64,000 nucleotides of DNA from Nitrospirota bacterium (GCA_963790205.1 CAWBNQ010000014.1:128001-192000), one strand, 5' to 3'; counted from the stretch's first letter, positions 53,957 through 63,658 are shown. The notes: generated by a model from the sequence alone, not told the origin. Translations and numbers: made by a program.

Positions 53957-54285
53957 ATGTTCCCGACAAAGGACGACTCATTCAAAGACTTCATTATCGA
54001 CCAGCTCAGCGGGCTCGAGGGCGTGACCGCGCCATGTTCGGCGGGCATGGCCTTTATCGCGGGGGAACGTTCTTCGGCATCATCTTCAAAGGCAGGCTGT
54101 ACTTCAAAACGAACAACACGACGAGAACTGATTATGTCGAGCGCGGAATGAAGTCCTTCCGGCCGAACCCCGGGCAGACGCTCAAGAATTACTTCGAAGT
54201 CCCCGCCGACATTCTGGAAGAGCCTGACCGGCTCGCTGCCTGGGCGCAGGATGCCATTCACGGCTGCAGGCAGGACAACTCGTGA
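53957..54285 (+). CDS. TfoX N-terminal domain protein (one frameshift near 54030)
   Basis: SFKDFIIDQL / MFGGHGLY...FGII...LYFKT...YFEVPADILE. Confidence 0.75.
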
Positions 54286-54422
54286 TCAAACAATTTCAAT
54301 GAACAGGCAAAACAGGAGATATGAGTATAGCAGAGCAAAATATTAAAAAAGGCAGCCGCATAGTGCAGCTGCCATATCGGGTTTGTTTGATTCTTTAAAG
54401 TACGGAGTGTATTTTTGTTGAC

Positions 54423-55112
54423 TTATCGTCTTGATCCGCCCATGCCAGGCCCCATGCCGGAACCATGATCCATGCCCGTGCCATGGTCCATTCCAAGCCC
54501 GTTGCCCATATGGTCACGGTCGCGCGACATGTCGCGGTCCTGGCGCATGGTCCTATCCCTGTCCATGGTCCGTGTTGCGTTTTCCGCGGCCTTGTCCGGA
54601 GCTGTTCCGGATTTTATCTCTCCGGCATAGGTATTTGCAGCGGCAGTTATCCTGCCGCTCCTGAGCCCTTTCTTGATCCCGCTGGACATTACCTGTGAGG
54701 TCTTGTCGACCGGGGCGCCGGCTGCCACCGTCTTGCCGAAGGCGTTCGTCATCTGCGCTGTTTCCCGCGTGTTATACTTGTGCTGTATTGCATCAGCCGC
54801 CACCGTGGCTGCGTCTTTCCTCGCGCCGGGCCGCACCGTCTCTATGGACTTGGCAACCTCGGCAAGGTCCTTGCCTTTCATCCCCTGGTTGATGGACGCT
54901 TCGACCACCCGGGAGGCGTGCTCTACCGGCACACCCTTGTCAACAAGGCCCTGGAGTATGGGGACCGCCTGGGAGCGGTCGTTGGCGCCAAGCTTCCTCT
55001 CCGCGGCCTGTTTATCGACGGTTGTCTTTGCCTCATCCAGCGTGAGGGCGAACGCCGATGTTACGAACATCAGAATGCTTCCTGTCATAATTGCCGTTAA
55101 TACCTTCTTCAT
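54423..55112 (-). CDS. Secreted helical hypothetical protein with DR-repeat and Met/His/Gly tail
   Basis: Signal peptide SAFA; tail DRDRTMRQDRDMSRDRDHMG...GMDHGTGMDHGSGMG. Confidence 0.75.
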   Translation of the reverse strand: MKKVLTAIMTGSILMFVTSAFALTLDEAKTTVDKQAAERKLGANDRSQAVPILQGLVDKGVPVEHASRVVEASINQGMKGKDLAEVAKSIETVRPGARKDAATVAADAIQHKYNTRETAQMTNAFGKTVAAGAPVDKTSQVMSSGIKKGLRSGRITAAANTYAGEIKSGTAPDKAAENATRTMDRDRTMRQDRDMSRDRDHMGNGLGMDHGTGMDHGSGMGPGMGGSRR

Positions 55113-55211
55113 GTCGGTTCTCCCTGATTATTGTGATTTGATTTTAAGAACTGCTCGCTGCTCTGCTTACCGCCGCCCGCCCATGCCGGACATGCCTCCC
55201 GTGATGCGCGG

Positions 55212-55745
55212 TTAATCGTTTCCGTGCATTCCCATGCCCATACCTCGTCCCATCCCATGCCCACGCTGCGGTCTCTCATACCCGTCTCCACCATGGTCAG
55301 CATGATCTCTCCTGTTCTCATAGTTGTCCCAGTGCCGTTCGTTCTCCCAGGTCCGCCAGTTCCTCTTGACCATTCCGTACGGCATGCGCTCGTATCCGGA
55401 AGGAACCTGACGATAATGCGACGGCAAATTCATCAAAACACCGGGCACCCTCTGGATGGCAACAGACCCCCATGGCCCGTTATATTCGGCCGCTATAAGC
55501 CACTGTCCCCGGTAAGGGCGGTACCAGGAACCGTTGTAAAAGAAAACATCCACACCCACATCAGGCGGATAATATACATAGGTCCCGGGTATAACGGCCA
55601 TGACAGGCGGCGCCGAAATTACCATCCCGGGAAAGGGGATCGTTACATTGATATTTACCCCGGCGCTGCTTTCCGCCGGGGCGATCACCACCAAAGCCAA
55701 AAAGACACCAACACAGAGAGCGACAACAACTTTCCATTTTTTCAT
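55212..55745 (-). CDS. Secreted Pro/Tyr-rich hypothetical protein with Met/His tail
   Basis: Signal peptide; VIPGTYVYY...WYR...YNGPW; tail GHGMGRGMGMGMHG. Confidence 0.75.
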   Translation of the reverse strand: MKKWKVVVALCVGVFLALVVIAPAESSAGVNINVTIPFPGMVISAPPVMAVIPGTYVYYPPDVGVDVFFYNGSWYRPYRGQWLIAAEYNGPWGSVAIQRVPGVLMNLPSHYRQVPSGYERMPYGMVKRNWRTWENERHWDNYENRRDHADHGGDGYERPQRGHGMGRGMGMGMHGND

Positions 55746-55784
55746 AGTGCCATCTCCTAATTCAAAATTTTATAGACAAACATA

Positions 55785-55811
55785 AGACGAACGAGAAACG
55801 AAAAGGTTACA
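55785..55811 (-). promoter_or_regulatory. ECF-sigma-type promoter TGTAAC-N16-CGTCT
   Basis: TGTAACCTTTTCGTTTCTCGTTCGTCTTA; same motif and spacing at 57826-57852. Confidence 0.75.
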
Positions 55812-55970
55812 GCTTTGGCAAACATTTTTGAAGTACATCATCAAGAAGAAATCCAGATGGAGCACTTTCGCATTGAGAGGACCGCATCCAGGCATAATAC
55901 GGCAATAGCACGGAAGGTGGCAGCTTGAGGTGTCAGCTGTCTATCGAAAGAAGGTAGCTGAATAGGATAA

Positions 55971-56008
55971 AAAAATGACAGCCGGCTCCATCTCCGGCTG
56001 TCATTTTT
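55971..56008. terminator. Bidirectional intrinsic terminator
   Basis: AAAAATGACAGCCGG-CTCCATCT-CCGGCTGTCATTTTT. Confidence 0.85.
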
Positions 56009-56050
56009 GTTTATTGTTAAAAAGGAATTCGGCCTAACTACAGGCGATCA

Positions 56051-57781
56051 TTAAATCGTGCCGCTTGACGCAGCCAGCGTGTTAATGAGCGTCTGCATGC
56101 CTGATGCCGTAAGTCCTGATTTGTTCGCTGTTGACCCCAGGAACGTTGTCATCGCTGTGGCCAGCCCGCTTGTCCCGGCCGTGGACTGCATCATGGTGCC
56201 GCCACCGCCCATCATGCCGCCGCCCATGCCGCCCATGGTGATGGAGGTTCCGCCCATCATGCCGTTCAAGATGCCGTCGGATGCATCTTGCATCATGGCC
56301 GTGGTCAGGGCCGCGGGGTCGGTTATGCCGATGGTCTGAGCATACTGAGACATGGCGGCAATGGCAATGCCGTAGTTCCTCATGTCCGTCGTTGTTCCGC
56401 CGGAAGCCAGCATCGCCGCGTTCATCGGCAAGGTTTGAAGTATGTCGGACACCATGAAGTAGCCGCCCACTGCCGTGTTCGCTGCCGTGATGTTGGCATC
56501 GATCATCCCGCCCGTCATTGTCTGGGCCCGGGCCTGTGCCATGGACGTAAGGGGCGTCATATGAATGCCCGTCACCGTGGCCCCGCTCGCAATCGTCGGA
56601 ATAACTGCGGTCATAACATCGGTCATAGACATGGTCAAGGTCGCGCCGGTTGCCAGGTTCTCATACGAGCCTCCGCTCATCTTGAGCATAACGGGACCGG
56701 AATACGCGCCAAGGGACAGGCTGAAGCCGCCCATGCTGTTCGTGGTCCCGCTCGCCAGCTGTGCATCCATGATTCCGCTATTCACCGAATAGGCCATGAC
56801 CGTTGCGTTGCTCATCGTCCCGTTGAAGACCGTTCCGCTGACCATCCCGTTCACCGGAGTTCCGCCGCCGCTCTGAATGGTACCGGTCGCGGAGCCCGTC
56901 AACTGGTCCATGAGCGTTTGCATGTTCGTCGCAGTCACGCCCGACCTATTCATGGGGGATGCGATGAACGCCGCCATTTCCGTCGCAAGCCCGCTCGTTC
57001 CCGCAGTCGTGGTCATCTGGGAGCTGATACCCATCATGCCGCCCATCAGGACCGGCGTGTTTCCCATCATGCCGTTCAGGACGCCGTCCGACGCGTCGTT
57101 CATCATTGCCGTGACCATGCTGGATGAGGAGGTCATTTTCATGTCAAATGCAGACTGGGATATGGCCGCGATGGCCATCCCGTAGTTCTTCATGTCCTGG
57201 GTCGCCGAGAGGCCCGAATTGGACGCCAGCGGGTTCATTGGCTGTGTATGCAGGATATCGTTCACCATGAAGTAAGCCCCAATGGAGGCATTCGCCGCGG
57301 CTATGTTCGTGTCGTTCATGCCGCCTGCCATGTTGTCAGCCATGGACTGGGCCATGGAGGTAAGCGGCGTTACCTGGATGCTGGTCATTGTTTCTCCGCT
57401 CGTGATCGTGGGAATGATCGCGGTCATCACGTCGCCGGGGGACATGCTCATTGCAGAGCCGGTTGCCTCGTCAGTAAACGTTCCGCCGCTCAATTGCAGC
57501 ATAACAGGACCAGAATAGGCACCGATCGAGATTTGAAAATTACCCTGTGCGTCCGTCGAGCCGCTGGCGAGTCGGGTGCCCATGGTCCCGTTGATGACGG
57601 CATAAGCCGATACCGTGCCTCCGTTGATCGGCCCCTTAACCGCTGTGCCACCAATCATTCCGCCGCTTGTAGTCGGAGTTGTCCCGCCGCCTCCTCCCCC
57701 GCCGCAACCAAAAAGAAGCGATAGAGAGCCGAGTAAGAGAGTGAGAACCAGCATTGTCTTGAGATTCTTGTGCCTTCGCAT
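56051..57781 (-). CDS. Met/Gly/Thr-rich lipoprotein built from two homologous halves of about 265 aa
   Basis: Lipobox LFGC plus Gly linker; duplicated GAYSGPVML, TPLTSMAQ, AMMxDASDG, TAGTSGLAT. Confidence 0.85.
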   Translation of the reverse strand: MRRHKNLKTMLVLTLLLGSLSLLFGCGGGGGGGTTPTTSGGMIGGTAVKGPINGGTVSAYAVINGTMGTRLASGSTDAQGNFQISIGAYSGPVMLQLSGGTFTDEATGSAMSMSPGDVMTAIIPTITSGETMTSIQVTPLTSMAQSMADNMAGGMNDTNIAAANASIGAYFMVNDILHTQPMNPLASNSGLSATQDMKNYGMAIAAISQSAFDMKMTSSSSMVTAMMNDASDGVLNGMMGNTPVLMGGMMGISSQMTTTAGTSGLATEMAAFIASPMNRSGVTATNMQTLMDQLTGSATGTIQSGGGTPVNGMVSGTVFNGTMSNATVMAYSVNSGIMDAQLASGTTNSMGGFSLSLGAYSGPVMLKMSGGSYENLATGATLTMSMTDVMTAVIPTIASGATVTGIHMTPLTSMAQARAQTMTGGMIDANITAANTAVGGYFMVSDILQTLPMNAAMLASGGTTTDMRNYGIAIAAMSQYAQTIGITDPAALTTAMMQDASDGILNGMMGGTSITMGGMGGGMMGGGGTMMQSTAGTSGLATAMTTFLGSTANKSGLTASGMQTLINTLAASSGTI

Positions 57782-57825
57782 TGAACACATCCTCCATAAA
57801 TTAATTTTTGTTGCAATTGTGCATT

Positions 57826-57852
57826 AGACGAAACAACGACGAAAAGGTTACA
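57826..57852 (-). promoter_or_regulatory. ECF-sigma-type promoter TGTAAC-N16-CGTCT
   Basis: TGTAACCTTTTCGTCGTTGTTTCGTCTAA. Confidence 0.75.
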
Positions 57853-58290
57853 AATAACTTCACGACGAGTTATTTCCTTAATGTCGTCTTATCTATTTCT
57901 GAATACTGCGACGCGTGATGATTATCGATTTCGAGCAGAGGATAGTCGTGAAAGAACATCCTCTCCGCGCGGCAGATTAGTGGGATATATTCCAGGAACA
58001 ACGGCGGTTTGACGTGAGGGAAGTAGCTCTTCGTGAGGCTAATTCTGTGACAAGATTTACAAACCCGCAACCAAAAAATCTGACCTTGAAGAATGAAGCT
58101 CTACCTTGTCTCTTTGTCGATTGTTTCTTTTCAAGCTAACAGATGCGCGCCCCTTTTTATTACGACTCTGTTCAAAAGAAGTCAAGCATTAAAGCAAAAC
58201 GCTGCTATTATTCACTCGGTCTGTAGTATGGAAATCTCTGTACGGATCTTGTGTTTCCCTGTTCGTGATGTCCGCCATTGGATCGAACAG

Positions 58291-58515
58291 TCAGGACCTT
58301 TGCGGGCCAGGATCATTATTCGGCTCAAAATACGGGATGGCAATGATCTCGAGGGCCAGCTGCTGGGACGTACTCTCCTTTGAAATACCGAGCTTCTTGG
58401 CGATCTCGTTGACGTTCAGCTCGCCTTCTCTCAGCAGGCAGAAGATCTCAAGACGTCGGGAGTTGGAAAAAATCTTGCAAAATTCGGCATGCAGCTGCAA
58501 CATCTCTTTCTTCAT
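58291..58515 (-). pseudogene. Truncated ArsR-family regulator
   Basis: HAEFCKIFSNSRRLEI...GELNVNEI...SQQL then loses similarity; ATG overlaps the sqr stop. Confidence 0.7.
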
Positions 58516-59702
58516 GGCAGATTGGTGAGCCCCCTTTTCATCTTCCACAGGAAGTATTTCTCGAATCCGAGCTTCATCCACTTTGCCCAGATTGCCTTCT
58601 TCGTATAAGAGCTTTGTCTCGGCGGGAGAACGGGATAGGCCTTCATGAACGCGGCAGTGTTTCCCATGTCCATGAGGCAGACAACGCCGAGTTCGTCCGC
58701 GAGAGGTGGGGTCTTGCCGGTGACATCGGAAGCAATGGTCGCGGCAGCGGTCTTCGCCATCTTGACAGTCATGAATCCCGTTTTCGGCACACCCGTGGGC
58801 ACCGGCGTAACCTCCGGCGGCGCAATCGCTATCGCAACACCGATCGCAAAGATGTTTTTGTGCTTGGTGTGGCGGTAGTTTTTGTCTACAGGGATGAACC
58901 CTCTCGGATTACCGAGTGGCATAACGGCGGGCACGCCCTTGAACGGCGGCGCGATCATGGCAAGCTTGAACGGGAGCTTCGTGCCGTCTTTTAATTTGAT
59001 CTCTCCCGGCGTTACTTCCTCGATGGCCTGGCTCACGAGGGGCTTGATGTCCCTCTCCGCGAACTCGTCTTCGATGAATCGTCTTGATTTTCCGAGCCCG
59101 CCCACGCCCATGTGACCCAGATAGGGCTCCGAAGTCAGATACAGGATCGGCACCTTATGCCGCATTTTTCTTCGCCGGAGTTCCGCATCCATCTCGAAGG
59201 CAAGCTCATAGGACGGCCCGAAACAGCTCACCATCTGCGAAGACCCGACAACTATGGGACCGGGATTCTCAAGAACGCTCCTCCAGGTCGCTCCGGTCTT
59301 CACTGCATGATCGAGGGTGAAAGTGCAGGACGTGTATCCGTTGTCCGGTCCCAGTCCGGGAATCTCATCGAACGAGAGATGCGGTCCTGTCGATATCACG
59401 AGAAAATCATAAGGCAGCTCCTTGCCCTGGGACGTGATGACCTTCGACGCATCCCGATCTACCTGCTTTGCGGCTTCCTGGACGAAAGCGATCCCCTTCG
59501 GTCTCAGGATATCGCCGACCTTGAGCGTGATGTCTTTCGGCTTTCGCCACCCCATGATAAGCCACGGCAGAGACGGCAGGAACACGAACCGGTCGTCGTC
59601 GCTCACAACGGTCACATCCGCCTTCTTCCCGAGCAGCCGCTTCAGCTCAAAGGCCGCCGTCAATCCCCCGAACGATCCCCCCAACACAACGATCCTTGCC
59701 AT
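58512..59702 (-). CDS. sqr: Sulfide:quinone oxidoreductase-family flavoprotein
   Basis: GGSFGG, SCFGPSYE, EPYLGHMG, VPKTG, CLMDMG, basic amphipathic C-terminus. Confidence 0.88.
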   Translation of the reverse strand: MARIVVLGGSFGGLTAAFELKRLLGKKADVTVVSDDDRFVFLPSLPWLIMGWRKPKDITLKVGDILRPKGIAFVQEAAKQVDRDASKVITSQGKELPYDFLVISTGPHLSFDEIPGLGPDNGYTSCTFTLDHAVKTGATWRSVLENPGPIVVGSSQMVSCFGPSYELAFEMDAELRRRKMRHKVPILYLTSEPYLGHMGVGGLGKSRRFIEDEFAERDIKPLVSQAIEEVTPGEIKLKDGTKLPFKLAMIAPPFKGVPAVMPLGNPRGFIPVDKNYRHTKHKNIFAIGVAIAIAPPEVTPVPTGVPKTGFMTVKMAKTAAATIASDVTGKTPPLADELGVVCLMDMGNTAAFMKAYPVLPPRQSSYTKKAIWAKWMKLGFEKYFLWKMKRGLTNLP

Positions 59703-59784
59703 AACATCCTCCTTTTTGACCAGGAAAAGGTCGGGGCTAAGGTTGAGCTTTTATACGTAACCTTGACCTTAGCCTTAACCTGTT

Positions 59785-60066
59785 TTAGAACATTCCTGTG
59801 ACCTTATCGCCGCTCGTTATAATGTCCGTCAATGTATCGTAGTCGATAATTTTGACCCGTTCGTCCATCTCGGAATCCTTGAGACCCCGGAGCCTCTTGT
59901 CGTCATCCAGGACATACACTGCGGCCGAAAAAGCCCCCAGCCGCTCCTTCTGAGCAAAATAGACGCCGTTCTGCAGGAGAACGAGATCTGCCCCGCTTTC
60001 CTTCGCAAGGGTCAAGCCGAGCGCTCCATCAGTCGTATCCGGTGCGCTTTTGATGATCACAAGCAT
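59785..60066 (-). CDS. DsrH/TusB-family sulfur relay protein
   Basis: LVLLQNGVY, YVLDDDKRLRG, IDYD. Confidence 0.85.
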   Translation of the reverse strand: MLVIIKSAPDTTDGALGLTLAKESGADLVLLQNGVYFAQKERLGAFSAAVYVLDDDKRLRGLKDSEMDERVKIIDYDTLTDIITSGDKVTGMF

Positions 60067-60077
60067 GATAATTTCCT

Positions 60078-60431
60078 TTAAAAAACGATTGTCGTATCTG
60101 TTTTGCCGATAATATCCGCGATTACTGAGCCGCTCGTAATCGTGATCCCCTCGATTATACAATCATTGGCGATCTGTTCCCTTTTCAATGACGCTTCATC
60201 GGCATAGACCGCAACACCCATGTCAATGCAATCCTGAATGCCGTCTCCAGCATTCAAATACTCCGTCTGGGACACGTCCTGTCCTCTTCTCGCCGCATGT
60301 ACCCCTCCGTCAACAAGAAGCAACTTTACTTCCAGGTCGTCGGTCACTCCCCCGAGCGCATGGCGGATCGCTTCCGAGGCATCGACAGTCCCGTACGGCG
60401 GCCTTCTTAGAATTATGCTTATGCTCCCCAT
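60078..60431 (-). CDS. DsrF/TusC-like DsrE-family protein
   Basis: RRPPYGT...EAIR, DGGV, SLKRE. Confidence 0.8.
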   Translation of the reverse strand: MGSISIILRRPPYGTVDASEAIRHALGGVTDDLEVKLLLVDGGVHAARRGQDVSQTEYLNAGDGIQDCIDMGVAVYADEASLKREQIANDCIIEGITITSGSVIADIIGKTDTTIVF

Positions 60432-60441
60432 AATGGCCCCC

Positions 60442-60786
60442 TTATATGCCGAAATTTAAGAATACGGGCTTTGTCTTCACAACATTGAAAAGCCCTTTCA
60501 ACGAGCTCATCTCCCCGCCCTCAATGGAATCGTCAGCCGCAAGACCGCGGCTTTTCATGCAGCCTGTTCAGATATCGACCTTGAGACCTTTTCCGACAAG
60601 ATCTACAAGTGTGGAGAGCGCCTGAGGGACCTGTCCCTTTACAATGGAGAAAACACCGTCGCCGGAGGCAATAAGTCTTGCCCGGTGCCCTTTCTTCAGG
60701 GCAGCTTCCGCCAGTTTGAAAATAGTGTGCGTATTCTCAAAGCTGTAGGGCGTCGTGGAAAGAAACATCACAATCTCTTTTTGCAT
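60442..60786 (-). CDS. DsrE/TusD-family selenoprotein (UxxC; UGA at 60568-60570)
   Basis: TPYS...GDGV...VDI-UGA-TGCMKSRGL; frame continues to TAA at 60442; SECIS-like hairpin. Confidence 0.88.
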
Positions 60787-60806
60787 AGTGACCTCCTCAA
60801 ATGAAA

Positions 60807-61127
60807 TTAAAATGTCAAAACCCTGTCGCTTTCCTTGATGATCGCGTGCATGTCCTTGAGTCCCGCCAGGGGACAGACATCGGTCGGCCCGGCATTGCGT
60901 ATTTTCAGACAAGTGCCGCAGGCGAATATCTTGCCGCCTGCTTTTATAAAGTCCTTCATCTGTTGAGTGACCGAAAACTTTTCCGTATCGAGCGACTCGG
61001 CCTCTACTCCCTTGCCGGTCAGAAATACCTTTGCATCATCCTTTTCTTTCAGAGAGAAGTTGCCGTATCTGAACGCATTCCAAACAGTCTCAGAATCATT
61101 TGAAGAAATGATAATTCCTATTTTCAT
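60807..61127 (-). CDS. DsrE-family protein (CxxC)
   Basis: WNAFR, FLTGKGVE, ACGTCLKIR, VCP. Confidence 0.88.
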   Translation of the reverse strand: MKIGIIISSNDSETVWNAFRYGNFSLKEKDDAKVFLTGKGVEAESLDTEKFSVTQQMKDFIKAGGKIFACGTCLKIRNAGPTDVCPLAGLKDMHAIIKESDRVLTF

Positions 61128-61468
61128 TACCGTCTCCTTTCACCCGGATACGTCCCCCGCTTCGTCACCGGACAGCAGGCCGGCGCGGGTATGTCTTCGT
61201 CATATTCTTTTTTCAGAAGTTCAAGCAGATCGGGAACTAGCGGTTCTTTGAGGAAGTAGCATTTGAGCCGTCCATCGACGAAGTAGTCGACGAGATGGTG
61301 CGACCGGAGGAGCTTCAGGTGCTGCGACACGTTCGGCTGGCTGATGTCGAGAGACTCCTCGAAGTCGCTCACACATTTGACGCCGAGCACGAGGTCTTCC
61401 AGGATCTTGATGCGAGCGGGATGGGCGATTACTTTCAGCAGATCGATGCGCTTGTCAACTGGGATCAT
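61127..61468 (-). CDS. ArsR/SmtB-family regulator with Cys-rich tail
   Basis: AHPARIKI, KCV, SQPNVSQHL, ACCP. Confidence 0.9.
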   Translation of the reverse strand: MIPVDKRIDLLKVIAHPARIKILEDLVLGVKCVSDFEESLDISQPNVSQHLKLLRSHHLVDYFVDGRLKCYFLKEPLVPDLLELLKKEYDEDIPAPACCPVTKRGTYPGERRR

Positions 61469-61495
61469 AGATGGCCTCCGTTAAATAATATATGC

Positions 61496-61526
61496 AAACA
61501 TTATTATGTTTTTATGCTTTTGTCAA
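61496..61526 (-). promoter_or_regulatory. Promoter with overlapping inverted repeat (putative ArsR operator)
   Basis: TTGACA-N17-TAATGT; AAACAT-TATT-ATGTTT palindrome at 61496-61511. Confidence 0.6.
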
Positions 61527-61608
61527 CGTAAAATTCTGATTTGAGGGTGCAGACAAATTATGATGTTGAAGATCTAAGGAAGGATTTCAGAATTGTGGCC
61601 AGAGTAAG

Positions 61609-62229
61609 TTATGTGGGGCGATGATCATCCAGTGAATATGCCACGATCGGCCGAAGACCTCTGCCTGCATATTCAAGCGTCTTGAACAGATACCCGATAA
61701 ACGTTCCCGAATAACGGTAGCGGCGGATACAGCATTCAATCCGTTCCCCGATCAAATCGTCCCGACCTTCCCAGCAGGACAGCTTTGGGCACCGTTCAAT
61801 CCACTCACCGATCGTGGGCCTGACCAGGTTGATGATTTCCTGTTTGGCAGCTGCATTGCCTCGTTGAGCAATTCTTACGAGCGCAATGCTGATGATATCC
61901 CGGGCCCGCTCATCATCAGCACCCGCCGGAGAGAGAAACGTATACAGCTTGTCATGGTGCTTTCTCAGAATGGTCCCGACTGCCTTCTTGCCCCTGACAC
62001 GTTCTGACCGTCTGCCCCTGTGTGAAGCCTGCCATCTTCGTTGTAATCCGCGGTCCAATGCACGGGTGATCCTGTCCCAGTCTATGCCGCCGACTTCAGC
62101 TCTAACGTTCTTCTGAATAAACCGATACACATGCGGAGCATGTAGTCGTATCCATGAACTGCAAAACGTATGAGGCTGTATCGTTCTGAGAAGCTTGTTG
62201 ATTGCCTTAACAGCGGAAACAAAATCCAT
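61609..62229 (-). CDS. Hypothetical protein
   Basis: 206-aa ORF; C-terminal IRRYRYSGTFIGYL weakly reminiscent of sigma region 2. Confidence 0.6.
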   Translation of the reverse strand: MDFVSAVKAINKLLRTIQPHTFCSSWIRLHAPHVYRFIQKNVRAEVGGIDWDRITRALDRGLQRRWQASHRGRRSERVRGKKAVGTILRKHHDKLYTFLSPAGADDERARDIISIALVRIAQRGNAAAKQEIINLVRPTIGEWIERCPKLSCWEGRDDLIGERIECCIRRYRYSGTFIGYLFKTLEYAGRGLRPIVAYSLDDHRPT

Positions 62230-62253
62230 GGAATCATCAAATCAGCGTCCTAA

Positions 62254-63586
62254 CAGTTTGCTGAAAAAGTCCTTTTCAAACGTGATGTAAATGCGTATAG
62301 TGGCGCAACGGCAGTTGACAAGGAGGCCACATGCGCGGTGAAAACGAGATTCAGAGCGGGATGTTCAGTTACTTTTCTCCTGAACAGCGTGTCCCGGCCC
62401 AGCATCCTCTGCGGGCGATCAAAGCCCATGCGGATACGGTTCTTGCAGAGCTTTCGCCGGTCTTCGACTCCATGTACAGCAACATGGGGCGGCCGTCGAT
62501 CCCGCCGGAGAGGCTGCTGAAATCCCAGCTCTTGATCGCCCTGTACTCGGTGCGTTCCGAAACCCAGTTCTGCGAAATGGTGGATTATAACATTCTCTTC
62601 CGCTGGTTTTTGGATATGGACCTGGAAGAGTCGTCCTTCGATCCCACGACGTTCACGAAGAACCGGGATCGGCTTCTGGAACATCGGGTGGCCGTGAAGT
62701 TTTTTGATCGTGTGGTTAACATCGCCCGGAAAGGCGGGCTGCTCTCGGATGATCATTTTACGGTGGACGGCAGCCTTATTGAGGCCTGCGCCAGTCTGAA
62801 GAGCTTCCGTCCCAAGGACGAGGACCCTTCGGACCGCCCGACGACGGACGATGATCCGGGAAATCCCACGGTGAACTTTCGGGGTGAGAAACGGTCGAAC
62901 AAGACTCATGCTTCTACCACTGATCCCGAGTCTCGTTTGATGAAGAAGAGCGCGGGCAAGGAGGCTAAGCTTTCTTTCGGCGCCCATGCCTTGATGGAGA
63001 ACCGAAACGGCCTGCTGGTCGACATCACCGTTACCCCGGCAACGGGTGATGCGGAACGGGAGGCGGCCAAGGATATGCTTACCCGTCAGGCGCGGAAACG
63101 CGTTAAACCCAAGACCATCGGTGCCGATAAGGGCTACGATACCCAGGGCTTTGTTGAGGCCATGCGGGGCAGAGAGATCACGCCGCATGTTGCGGCCAAC
63201 ACCGAAAGAAGAGGCGGCTCTGCCATAGATGGACGCACCACGCGGCACGAAGGATACAACATCAGCCAGCGAATCCGAAAACGGGTGGAAGAGATCTTCG
63301 GATGGCTCAAGAGCATCGGCGGTTTCAGGCGGACACGGTACAAGGGAAGAGATCGAACCCACCTTCAAGCCTTGTTCGTCGGAGCTGCATACAACCTGCT
63401 GCGAATAGTAAATATCCAACGGCGAACTGCGGCTGCTACATAGCAAAAGCGCAGTAGAATCCCGATAATGGGTGCCGAAAGGCGATCTTGAATGAGCTAC
63501 AAAGTGTGTCATAGGCTTTGCAGTAGGATAAAAATCAAGCTCCGAATAGAATTTTTTAAACTGAAGGCCACTTTTTCAGCGGCCTG
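62254..63586 (+). mobile_element. IS5-family insertion sequence, 1333 bp, CTAA target-site duplication
   Basis: IRs CAGTTTGCTGAAAAAGT / ACTTTTTCAGCGGCCTG; CTAA at 62250-62253 and 63587-63590. Confidence 0.92.
62331..63443 (+). CDS. IS5-family DDE transposase
   Basis: GRPSIPPE, FTVDGS, STTDPE, GADKGYD, RKRVEEIFGWLK. Confidence 0.95.
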   Translation: MRGENEIQSGMFSYFSPEQRVPAQHPLRAIKAHADTVLAELSPVFDSMYSNMGRPSIPPERLLKSQLLIALYSVRSETQFCEMVDYNILFRWFLDMDLEESSFDPTTFTKNRDRLLEHRVAVKFFDRVVNIARKGGLLSDDHFTVDGSLIEACASLKSFRPKDEDPSDRPTTDDDPGNPTVNFRGEKRSNKTHASTTDPESRLMKKSAGKEAKLSFGAHALMENRNGLLVDITVTPATGDAEREAAKDMLTRQARKRVKPKTIGADKGYDTQGFVEAMRGREITPHVAANTERRGGSAIDGRTTRHEGYNISQRIRKRVEEIFGWLKSIGGFRRTRYKGRDRTHLQALFVGAAYNLLRIVNIQRRTAAAT

Positions 63587-63658
63587 CTAAACCATCTGTA
63601 AGCACTACTGTCCCCCACAATTTTGATCCGAAGAGGGCATTCCGTGAAAACTCCCGCC

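Noticed and set aside
57870..58290. Short ORFs downstream of the ArsR remnant
   Set aside because: No recognisable motifs or RBS; probably decayed sequence
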